Shown here piece after piece: positions 23,140 to 32,519 of a stretch of DNA of 64,000 nt. The DNA comes from an uncultured Thermoleophilia bacterium (lineage in GTDB: Bacteria > Actinomycetota > Thermoleophilia > UBA2241): positions 160,001 to 224,000 of the forward strand of contig CAVPCT010000005.1 in the NCBI GenBank assembly GCA_963702475.1, given 5' to 3'. The notes beneath the pieces are model-generated. The model was not told the origin of the DNA and ran no database searches. It saw only the letters and a list, made by a program, of their open reading frames with translations. Both the position numbers and the translations under genes were made by a program. Each line of letters opens with the position of its first letter. Within the stretch, counting starts at the first letter, position 1.

Positions 23140-24075
23140 GTGAGCGCGAGGATCCTGGTGGGCAGCTGTTCGTGGACCGACCCGAGCCTCATCTCCTGCG
23201 GCCGCTTCTACCCGAAGGGCGTGGGCAGCGCCGAGGCACGGCTGCGCTACTACGCCACGCAGTTCCCCCTCGTCGAAGTCGACGCGACCTACTACGCGCC
23301 ACCCTCCGAGCGGAACAGCCGGTTGTGGGTGGAGCGGACGCCCGGGGGCTTCGTCTTCGACGTCAAGGCGTTCGCCCTGCTCACCACGCACCACGCGACC
23401 ACGGAGAGGCTGCCGCCAGAGCTGCGCGGCGCGCTCCCGCCGGAGCTCGCCGCCAAGCGAAGGCTGGCGCCGGGCGACCTGGACCAGGGCTTCCTTGAGC
23501 TGGTCTGGGACCTGCACCGGCGGGCGCTGGCGCCCCTGGCGGAGGCAGGCAAGCTCGGCGCCGTGCTCTTCCAGTTCCCGCCGTGGTTCGCGGTGAACGA
23601 CGCGAACCGCGACTACCTCCGCGACATCCCGGGGCGGTTGCCGGGCCTGAGTGCGGCGGTCGAGTTCCGCGGCGGCGGCTGGATGGAGCCCGGGGCCGCC
23701 GCCGGCACGCTCAAGCTTCTGGAGAAGGCGGGGCTCGCGTACGTGTGCGTCGACGAGCCCCAGGTCGAGCGCACGAGCACGCCCCCGGTGGTCGCGGCCA
23801 CGGCGCCGCTCGCCTACGTGCGCTTCCACGGACGTAACGCGGAGACCTGGGGCATCACGCGCGGCGCGGCCTCCGACCGCTTCAAATACCTCTACGGCGA
23901 CGAGGAGCTCGAGGAGTGGGCACCACAGGTCACCGAGCTCGCGCGCCAGGCGACCACGGTCCATGTCCTCTTCAACAACAACTACGAGGACTGGGGCATG
24001 CGCAACGCGCGCCGCATGGCGCGACTGCTCGGTGCGGAGACCGGGCCCGCACAGGGCGAGCTGCACCTGGGCTGA
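23140..24075 (+). CDS. DUF72 (YecE-like) protein
   Basis: VGSCSW, YYATQFPLVEVDATYY, FDVKAF, LFQFPPWF, YVRFHGRN, LFNN; GGAGG RBS. Confidence 0.9.
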   Translation: MSARILVGSCSWTDPSLISCGRFYPKGVGSAEARLRYYATQFPLVEVDATYYAPPSERNSRLWVERTPGGFVFDVKAFALLTTHHATTERLPPELRGALPPELAAKRRLAPGDLDQGFLELVWDLHRRALAPLAEAGKLGAVLFQFPPWFAVNDANRDYLRDIPGRLPGLSAAVEFRGGGWMEPGAAAGTLKLLEKAGLAYVCVDEPQVERTSTPPVVAATAPLAYVRFHGRNAETWGITRGAASDRFKYLYGDEELEEWAPQVTELARQATTVHVLFNNNYEDWGMRNARRMARLLGAETGPAQGELHLG

Positions 24076-24187
24076 GCGACCGGCGAGGCGCACGCTCCTC
24101 CGCCGAACTGGGGAGCCGGGGGCCTGAACCCCGCCTGAGAATCGGCTATCATGTCCAGCGCAGGTTCTTCTCTTCCCACGGGGGACG

Positions 24188-25558
24188 GTGACGCCGGTCG
24201 TGTACGGCCTTGACGAGCAGGAGTGGCGCGCCCTCGAGCGCGAGGTCGTCGACCTCTTCACCGACCTGCTCCGCGTCGACACAACCAACCCGCCCGGCAA
24301 CGAGACCGCGTGCGCCGAGGTACTGCGCGCCTACCTCGAGGCGAACGGCCTGCCCTGCCGTATGGAGGGAGAGCTGCCGCACCGGCAGAACCTGGTCACG
24401 CGCCTGGACGGCGCCCGTCCCGGACCCACCCTCACCTTTCTCGGACACATGGACGTCGTACCGGCGGATGCCGGCGAGTGGAGCGTGCCGCCGTTCGCGG
24501 GCGTCGTCCGGGACGGCTACGTGTGGGGCTGCGGCGCGACCGACATGAAGAACCAGCTGGCCGCGGAGACGGTGGCCGTGGCGCGCCTGGCGCGCTCGGG
24601 CGCGGCCTTCGCCGGTACCGTCAAGCTGGCCGCCACGGCCGATGAGGAGGACGGCACGTTCTGCGGCGTACGCTGGCTCTGCCGCACCCACCCCGACCTG
24701 CTGCGCGCCGACTACTTCATCAACGAGGGCATGGGCGGCCTGTGGATACCTGTGGACGGCCGCCCTGTCTTTCTGCTGGCCTGCGGCGAGAAGGCGTTCG
24801 CCCAGTTCCGCATCCGCACGCGCGGGCGCGGCGGGCACGCGTCGGTGCCGCAGAAGGAACGGAGCGCCGTGATCGACCTGGCGCGCGCCGTCACGGCGCT
24901 CGGCCTGGCCGACCCGCCCGTCGTCGTCTCATCCGTGACGGCGGGCTTCATCGACGCCATCGTCGCCGACGCCGCCCTGGGGGCGCGCCTCAAGGACCCC
25001 GCCACCGCGCGCGCCGCGGGGGTGGAGCTGCGCCGGCGCGACCCGGAGGTCGCCGGACTCGTGGAACCGCTCCTGGGCGCCACGTTCACGCCGACGGTGC
25101 TCACGGCGGGCTCCGTGGTGAACGTCATCCCCACCCACGCCGAAGCCTGCATCGACTGCCGCATCCTGCCGGAGATGACTCCGGAGGGCACGCGAGACAT
25201 CGTCGCCTCCATACTCGACCCGCTCGGCATCGATTGGGAGCTCGAGTGGATCGACGTGACCGTGCCGAACTCCTCCGCGGCCCCCACCCCGCTCAGCGAC
25301 AGCATCGCCCGGGTGCTGCGCCGGGACGTCCCCGACGCCGTCCTGGCGCCCATGACGTCCGGCAGCTTCACCGACTCGCGCTACGTGCGCGAGTACTTCC
25401 CGGAGGCCGTGGCCTACGGCTTCGGGCCCTTCGTGGCCGAGAGCTTCCACGCCATGAACGGCGGGCGTGACCACGAGCCGGACGAGCGCATCCTCGTGGA
25501 CGACGTCACCTATCAGGCCCTGTTCTTCGAACGCCTGGTCCAGGACCTGCTCAGCTGA
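24188..25558 (+). CDS. M20/M25/M40 family metallo-hydrolase (acetylornithine deacetylase/DapE-like)
   Basis: TTNPPGNE, GHMDVVPA, GATDMK, ADEEDG, NVIP, FTDSRY, HEPDER. Confidence 0.9.
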   Translation: MTPVVYGLDEQEWRALEREVVDLFTDLLRVDTTNPPGNETACAEVLRAYLEANGLPCRMEGELPHRQNLVTRLDGARPGPTLTFLGHMDVVPADAGEWSVPPFAGVVRDGYVWGCGATDMKNQLAAETVAVARLARSGAAFAGTVKLAATADEEDGTFCGVRWLCRTHPDLLRADYFINEGMGGLWIPVDGRPVFLLACGEKAFAQFRIRTRGRGGHASVPQKERSAVIDLARAVTALGLADPPVVVSSVTAGFIDAIVADAALGARLKDPATARAAGVELRRRDPEVAGLVEPLLGATFTPTVLTAGSVVNVIPTHAEACIDCRILPEMTPEGTRDIVASILDPLGIDWELEWIDVTVPNSSAAPTPLSDSIARVLRRDVPDAVLAPMTSGSFTDSRYVREYFPEAVAYGFGPFVAESFHAMNGGRDHEPDERILVDDVTYQALFFERLVQDLLS

Positions 25559-26517
25559 TGGCGGACGCGCGCACCCAGGCCGGTCCGGGACCGGTCGAGC
25601 TCACCCCGCGCGCTCGTTTCAGAGGGACGCTGCTCGGCCTCGCCGCCGGCGAGGCCTTGGGCGCCCCTGCCGAGTTCCTCACGCCCGAACAGGTCCTCGA
25701 GCGCTTCGGCGTGCTCACGGAGATGGTCGGCGGCGGCGTGTACGAGGTCGCGCCGGGCGAGACCGTGGACGCCACCGAGATGACGTTGTGCCTGGCCGAG
25801 AGCCTCGCCGACATGGGCGGGTTCGACCCGGCGGACGTCATCGAACGGTACCGGGCGTGGTTCGAGAGCCACCCGCGGCACGTGAGCCTCACGGTGCGTG
25901 CCGCTCTCATCAGCTACTGCGCCGGCACCCACCTCGACCTCGCTTCACGGCGGGCCTTCGAGATACTCGGCGGGCCCCGCGCCGGCAACGGCAGCCTCAT
26001 CCGCTGCGCGCCGCTAGGGCTGCGTTACTCCGGCGACGCCCAGGCCCGCCACGAGGCCTCCCGCCGCGACTCCGCCCTCACGCACTTCGACCGCCTCGCC
26101 GGCTGGTCGTGCTCGGCCTTCAACGACCTGCTGGCGGCGGCCCTGCACGGCGATCTCGCGCAGGAGGTGCCGTCGATCGCCGCCACGTACAACGACGAGG
26201 ACCTGCGCGTGAGCATGATGCTCCGCGACGCGCTCGTGATGGAGCCCGAGGAGGTCCGCAGCTCGTCGTTCGTGCTCGATACCCTGCAGACGGCCCTCTG
26301 GACGGTGCTCCGCTCCGCCGACTTCGAGCACGCCGTCACCGTCGCTGTGAACATGGGCCACGACTCCGGCGCCGTCGGCGCCGTCACCGGCGCCCTGGCC
26401 GGCGCCGTGTACGGCGAGCGCGGCATCCCCGGACGCTGGCTCGACGCGCTGCACGAACGGGAGCGCATCGCCGCGATCGCCGACCGCCTGACGGACCAGA
26501 CGACCGCCCCTTCGTGA
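25558..26517 (+). CDS. ADP-ribosylglycohydrolase-fold protein with atypical metal-ligand motifs
   Basis: GLAAGEALGAPAEF, TEMTLCLAESL, AGNGSLIRCAP, GAVTGALAGAVYG..GIP..W. Confidence 0.85.
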   Translation: MADARTQAGPGPVELTPRARFRGTLLGLAAGEALGAPAEFLTPEQVLERFGVLTEMVGGGVYEVAPGETVDATEMTLCLAESLADMGGFDPADVIERYRAWFESHPRHVSLTVRAALISYCAGTHLDLASRRAFEILGGPRAGNGSLIRCAPLGLRYSGDAQARHEASRRDSALTHFDRLAGWSCSAFNDLLAAALHGDLAQEVPSIAATYNDEDLRVSMMLRDALVMEPEEVRSSSFVLDTLQTALWTVLRSADFEHAVTVAVNMGHDSGAVGAVTGALAGAVYGERGIPGRWLDALHERERIAAIADRLTDQTTAPS

Positions 26518-26628
26518 ACCGGACGCGCGCGCTTCCGGCCGGGTCGCGTCCCGGCTCTGCTGCCACGGGCCGCCCGCCCGCGACGCCGGCCCCGGGCCGC
26601 GGGCGTGCACAACGGACCGCCGTACGGG

Positions 26629-26657
26629 TTGCGTTCAGTGTGTTCAGTATGTAGTTT
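26629..26657 (+). promoter_or_regulatory. Promoter with GTTCAGT direct repeats (possible operator) for the regulator-RND operon
   Basis: TTGCGT-N17-TAGTTT; GTTCAGT at 26633 and 26642. Confidence 0.55.
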
Positions 26658-26688
26658 ACGTAGCTTCCGGACCACGGACCGAGGGCAC

Positions 26689-27183
26689 ATGGACGAGGGG
26701 ATGACAAAGGCGCAGCGCGAGCTCATCGAAGAGTTCGGGCTGCTGCACGAGCAGATGGGCAGCACGCGCATGTGCGGGCGGGTCGGCGGCTGGCTCCTGC
26801 TCTGCGAGCCGCCGGTGCAGTCCCTCACGGAGATCGCCGAAGGCCTCGGCGTGAGCAAGGCCGCCGTGAGCGGCGCGGCGCGACTGCTCTTGCAGAACCA
26901 CGTCGTGGAGCTCGTGAGCGAGCCCGGGCAGCGCGGCGACTTCTATCGCGCGCTGCCCGTCGACGCCAGTGGCGTCATGCCGCTGGACCACGTGCACCGC
27001 CTGAACCAGCTGCTGCGCCGCGGCCTCGCGAGCGTCGAAGGCCGCGACCAGGGGCAGTCCAACTACGCTTTGATGCACGAGCTTCTCGAGCTCACGACGT
27101 TCCTCGAGGCCGAGCTGCCGGCGATGCTCGCGCGCTGGCGAGAGCACCGCACACCACCCACCGATCGTGGAGGCACCACTTGA
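26689..27183 (+). CDS. GbsR/MarR family transcriptional regulator
   Basis: RMCGRVGGWLLLC, SLTEIAEGLGVSKAAVS wHTH, PGQRGDFY. Confidence 0.82.
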   Translation: MDEGMTKAQRELIEEFGLLHEQMGSTRMCGRVGGWLLLCEPPVQSLTEIAEGLGVSKAAVSGAARLLLQNHVVELVSEPGQRGDFYRALPVDASGVMPLDHVHRLNQLLRRGLASVEGRDQGQSNYALMHELLELTTFLEAELPAMLARWREHRTPPTDRGGTT

Positions 27184-30100
27184 GCTGGCTGACGAAGATC
27201 TCGCTGCGCAACCGTTCGATCGTCGGTCTCGCGGTGCTGGCGGTGATCCTGGCCGGCGCCTACGCCGTCACGTCGCTCAAACAGGAGCTCATGCCCGACC
27301 TCACCTTCCCGTATCTCACCGTCTTCACGGTCGACTACGGCTCGTCGCCGAAGGACGTGGAGCGGAACATCACGACGCCGCTCGAGCAGGCCATCAAGAC
27401 CTCGAGCGGCGTGAAGCAGTACGACTCGTTCTCCAACGACGGCATCAGCATCATCACCGTCGAGTACGAGTTCGGCACCGACATCAAGGCCAAGGAGACC
27501 GAGGTACAGCAGGCGGTGTCCGGCGTGCAGCAGATGCTGCCCGCCACCGCCCAGGCGCCACAGGTCGCGGCCTTGAACTTCAACAGCATGCCGGTCGTGC
27601 AGCTGGCGGTGTCGTCGTCGCTGCCGGCGGAGGAGCTCGCCGATCTGCTCGGCACGCGTGTGGTGCCGCGGCTGCAGGGCATCGACGGTGTGCAGGCCGT
27701 CACGCTCTCCGGGGTGCAGCAGATGCAGCTGTACATCCAGCTCAAGCCCGAAGAGGTCCAGGCGCTGGGCGTCTCGCCGGCGCAGATCATGACGGCGGTC
27801 ACGCAGGCCAACGTGACCGCCGGCGCCGGCAGCGTCACCTCCGGCAGCATCGTCTACCCCATCACCGTGAGCGCGAAGGCGGAGACGGAGAAGGCGCTCG
27901 AGGACCTCGTGCTGCCGTCCGCCCAGACGGCGGCGGCGGCGATGTCGGCCATGACCGCCGGCGCCTCCGCGGGCGCCGCGGCCGCCGGTCCGGCCGCGGC
28001 GGCGGCCCCGGCCGCGGCGGCCGAGCCCGTCCGTCTCGGCGACGTGGCCACCGTGAAGATCGCGCCGGCGCCGCTCACGGCCATCACACGCACGAACGGA
28101 GAGGCGTCCATCGGCATCTCCGTGAGCAAGTCGAGCACCGGCAACACCGTGGACATCGCCAACGCCGTGGCCGCCGAGCTGCCCGCGATCTCCCGCGATC
28201 TCGGCGGCGAGGCCACGATCACCACCGTGGTGGACCAGTCGGTCTTCATCAAGGACAGCATCCGCTCGCTGCTGCAAGAAGGCCTCATCGGTGCGCTGTT
28301 CGCGATCATCGTCATCTGGGCCTTCCTCCGGAGCTGGCGGTCCACGATCATCGCGGGGCTCTCCATCCCGCTCAGCGTCATCGGCGCGCTCGTCATCCTC
28401 TGGTCTGGCGGCAACTCCCTGAACATGCTCACGCTGGGCGGCCTCACGATCGCCATCGGACGTGTGATCGACGACTCCATCGTGGTCATCGAGAACATCT
28501 ACCGCCACCTGCAGGAGGGCGACAGCATCCGCACAGCGGCCTACACCGGCACCCGCGAGGTGGCCGGGGCGATCACGGCGAGCACGCTCACCACGGTCGC
28601 CGTGTTCCTGCCTCTGGGCTTCGTCCAAGGGCTCGCATCCGAGTTCTTCCGCCCGTTCGCCCTCACGGTGACGTTCGCGCTGCTGTGCAGCCTCGCCGTA
28701 GCGCTGATGGTCGTGCCCGTCGTCGCCACATGGCTGCTCTCCAAGCGCCAGGTCGGCCACCGCGACGAGAAAGAGCTCACGCACCTGCAGAACGCCTACC
28801 TGCCGGCCTTGAGGTGGTCCCTGGACCACAAGGTCATCACGCTCGTCGCGGCGGCGGCCGTGTTCGTGGGCACCATGATGTTCACGCCCCTGCTCAAGAC
28901 CAACCTGTTCGACAACTCCGGCCAGAACACCATGGCCATCACCCAGACCATGCCCGCCGGCACCAGCCTGGACGCCACGATGGCCGCGGCGAAGAAGGTC
29001 GAGGCCGTCCTGGCGGACACCGGGGGCATCGAGGTCTACCAGGTCACCGGCGGGAGTACGGGCAGCCTGTTCGGCGCCGGCGGAGGCACCAGCGCCTCCT
29101 CGAGCCAGGCGACGTTCGCCATCACCACCGATCCGGACGTGGACAAGGAGGCGCTGATCGAGGACGTGCGCGCCCAGGTCGCGACGCTGAGCAACGCCGG
29201 CACCGTCACGGTCTCCGGCGACGACGCGTCGATGGGCGCCATGTCGCTCATGGAGGTACGGGTGTCCGCCGCCGACCCGGCCGTCCTGAAGGAGGCCAAC
29301 GACATCGTCCTGGCCAGGATGAAGACGGTCGAGGGGCTGGCCGACGTGACCTCCAACCTCAGCGAGGGCCGGCCAGCGGCGACGGTCGTGGTCGACCAGG
29401 CCAAGGCCGCCGCGGCCGGCGTCACTCCGGCGGCGCTCAGCCAGTACGGCACGCTCGTCTTCAACGGCTACCCGCTGGGCATGGTGCCGACCGCCATCGG
29501 GACACTCCCGGCGCAGCTCACCGTGGGCGAGATCACCGTGCCGCCGCTGCCCGGCGCCGTGACCCAGCTGCTCGAGCGCCTGCCGGTGGTGGGCACCTCC
29601 GGCATGGTGCCTCTCGGGGAGATCGCCAAGGTAGTGGAGGTCAAGGCACCGGTCCAGGTGACGCACGTGGACGGCGCTCGCACGGCCAGCGTCACGGCGA
29701 CGCCCATCAGCAACAACATCGGCGCCGCCACCTCGGACGTGCAGAAGGCGCTCGACGGCGTGGAGCTGCCGGAGGGTGCCACGTGGGAGCTGGCCGGCGC
29801 GACGGAGATGACCGGCGAGGTCTTCCGCACGCTCGGCATCGCCATGGTCATCGCCGTGCTGCTCGTGTACATCATCATGGTCGCCACGTTCCGCAGCCTG
29901 CTGAACCCGCTCATCCTCCTCGTCAGCATCCCGTTCGCAGCCGTCGGTGCGGTGCTCGCTCTGGTGATCACCGGCACCAGCCTCGGCATGCCGAGCATGG
30001 TCGGCCTGCTCATGCTCATCGGCATCGTGGTCACCAACGCCATCGTGCTGCTCGACCTCGTGGAGCAGTTCCGCCGCCGCGGCATGGACGCGCGCACGGC

Positions 30101-30377
30101 GGTCATCGAGGGCGGACGGCGGCGCCTGCGGCCGATCCTCATGACGGCCGTGGCGACGATCCTCGCGCTCGTGCCGATGGCCCTGGGGATCGGCGGCGAG
30201 GGCGGCTTCCTCTCGACGCCGCTGGCGGTGGTCGTGATCGGCGGCCTGTTCACCTCGACGTTCCTGACGCTGATCCTGGTCCCGGTGCTCTATCTCGCCC
30301 TGGACCGCCTGCGACCGGCGGGCGCTTACGCGCCGGACGAGGAGGACGTGGCTCCAGCAGCCGCGGCGACCGGCTGA
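27180..30377 (+). CDS. RND (AcrB/SwrC-like) efflux permease
   Basis: TTG start overlapping the regulator stop; IGRVIDDSIVVIENI, GIVVTNAIVL, RLRPILMT, PLAVVVIGGL. Confidence 0.93.
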   Translation: MSWLTKISLRNRSIVGLAVLAVILAGAYAVTSLKQELMPDLTFPYLTVFTVDYGSSPKDVERNITTPLEQAIKTSSGVKQYDSFSNDGISIITVEYEFGTDIKAKETEVQQAVSGVQQMLPATAQAPQVAALNFNSMPVVQLAVSSSLPAEELADLLGTRVVPRLQGIDGVQAVTLSGVQQMQLYIQLKPEEVQALGVSPAQIMTAVTQANVTAGAGSVTSGSIVYPITVSAKAETEKALEDLVLPSAQTAAAAMSAMTAGASAGAAAAGPAAAAAPAAAAEPVRLGDVATVKIAPAPLTAITRTNGEASIGISVSKSSTGNTVDIANAVAAELPAISRDLGGEATITTVVDQSVFIKDSIRSLLQEGLIGALFAIIVIWAFLRSWRSTIIAGLSIPLSVIGALVILWSGGNSLNMLTLGGLTIAIGRVIDDSIVVIENIYRHLQEGDSIRTAAYTGTREVAGAITASTLTTVAVFLPLGFVQGLASEFFRPFALTVTFALLCSLAVALMVVPVVATWLLSKRQVGHRDEKELTHLQNAYLPALRWSLDHKVITLVAAAAVFVGTMMFTPLLKTNLFDNSGQNTMAITQTMPAGTSLDATMAAAKKVEAVLADTGGIEVYQVTGGSTGSLFGAGGGTSASSSQATFAITTDPDVDKEALIEDVRAQVATLSNAGTVTVSGDDASMGAMSLMEVRVSAADPAVLKEANDIVLARMKTVEGLADVTSNLSEGRPAATVVVDQAKAAAAGVTPAALSQYGTLVFNGYPLGMVPTAIGTLPAQLTVGEITVPPLPGAVTQLLERLPVVGTSGMVPLGEIAKVVEVKAPVQVTHVDGARTASVTATPISNNIGAATSDVQKALDGVELPEGATWELAGATEMTGEVFRTLGIAMVIAVLLVYIIMVATFRSLLNPLILLVSIPFAAVGAVLALVITGTSLGMPSMVGLLMLIGIVVTNAIVLLDLVEQFRRRGMDARTAVIEGGRRRLRPILMTAVATILALVPMALGIGGEGGFLSTPLAVVVIGGLFTSTFLTLILVPVLYLALDRLRPAGAYAPDEEDVAPAAAATG

Positions 30378-30503
30378 TATCCGCTGTCGACCGGCCGGCG
30401 CGCCACCGGCGACAACGGGTGCAGCGCCCGCCGCGTTGACGATAGGCTGTGCCTGCAGGCCGGCTGCCACGCCGGCCCACGGTCACCACCGAAAGGAGTC
30501 GTC

Positions 30504-31004
30504 GTGGCGAAGCCAGCCGCCAAGAAGACCGCAGCCAAGAAGCCCGCCGCGAAGGCGGCGGCGCCCGTGCCGCACGGCGTGCGCCCCCTCACCAGGGAAG
30601 AGCTCATCGACGCGCTCAACCGTGACCTGGCCAAGGAGTACTCGGCCCTCATCCAGTACGTGCAGCACGCCGCCGTCATCACGGGGCCGCAGTACGACGC
30701 CATCGCCGCCGAGCTCCTGGTGCACGCCACCGAGGAGCACGCGCACGCCGTCTCGCTCTCCAGCCAGATCGACTGGCTGGGCGGCGTGCCGGCCGTGGAC
30801 GTGGGCGACATCTACGTCTCGCCGGACTCGAAGACGATGCTCGAGTACGACCTCGACGGCGAGCTCGATGCCATCGCCCGCTACAAGGAGCGCGTGGGCC
30901 AGGCCGAGCAGCTGCAGGAGTACGGCCTGCGGCGTGCCCTCGAGGACATCCTGGTCGTGGAAGAGGAGCACGCCCGCGACCTGCAGAACGCGCTCGACAT
31001 GTGA
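30504..31004 (+). CDS. Ferritin-like (bacterioferritin/Dps-related) protein with Lys/Ala-rich N-terminal tail
   Basis: LNRDLAKEYSALIQY, EEHAHA, ELDAIARY, EEEH diiron motifs; AAAGGAG RBS. Confidence 0.85.
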   Translation: MAKPAAKKTAAKKPAAKAAAPVPHGVRPLTREELIDALNRDLAKEYSALIQYVQHAAVITGPQYDAIAAELLVHATEEHAHAVSLSSQIDWLGGVPAVDVGDIYVSPDSKTMLEYDLDGELDAIARYKERVGQAEQLQEYGLRRALEDILVVEEEHARDLQNALDM

Positions 31005-31008
31005 GGCG

Positions 31009-31077
31009 GCCGGCCCCGCCGCAGGCGGGGGCCGGCGATGCACGGGGGGCGGCGCCGCAGGCGCACCGCCCCCCGTG
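31009..31077. terminator. Two GC-rich hairpins between convergent genes
   Basis: GCCGGCCCCGCC/GGCGGGGGCCGGC and CACGGGGGGCGG/CCGCCCCCCGTG stems. Confidence 0.55.
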
Positions 31078-31125
31078 GCACGTCACGGGTCGGGCGCCGT
31101 CAGCGCAGCGGCCGCGGCGTCCGGC

Positions 31126-32388
31126 TCAGCCCGCCGCCGCGCCGAGCTCAGCCACGCGTGTCTCTCTGCGCCGGCGCCAGCCGCGCGCGAGCAGCAGGAA
31201 CAGGACGGCGCCGGCCATCCCGACCACGAGCAGGACCGCGAACGCCTCACGCCCGCCGAAGGCGTCCATCGCCCAGCCGCCGAACGCCGGCCCGAGCGCA
31301 GCGCCGCCGTTCCAGAAGATGGTCCACACACCCATGTAGCGGCCGCGGATGGCCTCCGGCGCCAGGTCGGACACCTCCGCCGATGACACCGGCGCCAACA
31401 GCGTCTCCCCCACGCTCATCACGACGATGAGCACCACCAGCGACGCCAGGCCGAAGGCGAACGCCGAGCCCCCTATGCCCACCGCGATGAGAGCTGAGGA
31501 CACGGCGAGGAGCACCATGCGGTTGCGGAACCGCGTCGCCCGCACCAGGGGGTACTGGACGACGGCGACGACGAGAGCGTTGAGGGCGAGCAGCGCACCC
31601 CACTCCCCGTACGGCACGCCGAGGTAGCTCGTGATGTACACGGAATAGATCGAGCCGAAGTTCCCGAAGCACAGCAGCGGGAGGACGGCGACCAGGGCGA
31701 AGATGAGGAACCAGCGGTCGTGCAGGACGAGACTGTACCCGCTGCGGCCCTTGGTATCGGTGTACAGGTGCGGCTTGAGGGCGCTCGCAGGCCTGCTCTC
31801 GCGGATCAACACGAGCATCAGCACCACCATGAGCGCGCACCCCGCCGCCGCGGAGAGAAAGAGCTGGCGGAAGGTCACGCCCCAGCCGAGGGCGAGCCCC
31901 GCCGCGGCCGGACCGATGACGACCCCCACGTTCATGGCCACGCGGTTCACGCTGAACGCCTCGGAGCGCTGCTCCGGCGGAAGCAGGTCGGCGATCATGG
32001 CGTTGCACGCGGTCTGGAACAGCGGCCAGCCGAACGCGCTCTCCACCGCCACGAGGATAGCCACCTGCCACACGGCCGTGACGTACGCGAAGCCCACGAA
32101 CCACACCACACCCATGAACACTGAGAGCATGATGATGACCTTGCGCCCGAGGCGATCGGTGAGCTGGCCGCCGAGGAACTGCATCGGCATGACGGCGAGG
32201 GGGACGAGGCCGAAGACCACCCCGACCATGGACATGGACGCGCCCAGGTAGCGGTGCATGTAGATGCCCTCGAAGGGGAACGCGAGAGCGGCCGCGGCGA
32301 CGTAGACGAACGTGCCGAGGGTCAGCACCCAGAACTGCCCGGGAAAGCCGCGCAGCTCGTGCCAGGATCGGGAGAAGCGTGAGGTCAC
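31126..32388 (-). CDS. MFS transporter (MdtH-like), leaderless start
   Basis: GQLTDRLGRK motif A, about 12 hydrophobic segments, RGRYMG; TACGAT six nt before the GTG. Confidence 0.9.
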   Translation of the reverse strand: MTSRFSRSWHELRGFPGQFWVLTLGTFVYVAAAALAFPFEGIYMHRYLGASMSMVGVVFGLVPLAVMPMQFLGGQLTDRLGRKVIIMLSVFMGVVWFVGFAYVTAVWQVAILVAVESAFGWPLFQTACNAMIADLLPPEQRSEAFSVNRVAMNVGVVIGPAAAGLALGWGVTFRQLFLSAAAGCALMVVLMLVLIRESRPASALKPHLYTDTKGRSGYSLVLHDRWFLIFALVAVLPLLCFGNFGSIYSVYITSYLGVPYGEWGALLALNALVVAVVQYPLVRATRFRNRMVLLAVSSALIAVGIGGSAFAFGLASLVVLIVVMSVGETLLAPVSSAEVSDLAPEAIRGRYMGVWTIFWNGGAALGPAFGGWAMDAFGGREAFAVLLVVGMAGAVLFLLLARGWRRRRETRVAELGAAAG

Positions 32389-32483
32389 GGCGCCATCGTA
32401 TCCGACCGACACGCGGCGCCGGCGACTCACGCGGGGAGCCGTTGCATTCGCGGCGCGTGCTCCTGCGTGAAACCTGCTCAAAC

Positions 32484-32513
32484 TTGACTGGACCGGCGCC
32501 GCGCCGCTAGGTT
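32484..32513 (+). promoter_or_regulatory. Promoter of the HTH-GAF pair (leaderless)
   Basis: TTGACT-N18-TAGGTT, ATG six nt downstream. Confidence 0.65.
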
Positions 32514-32519
32514 CCGGAC

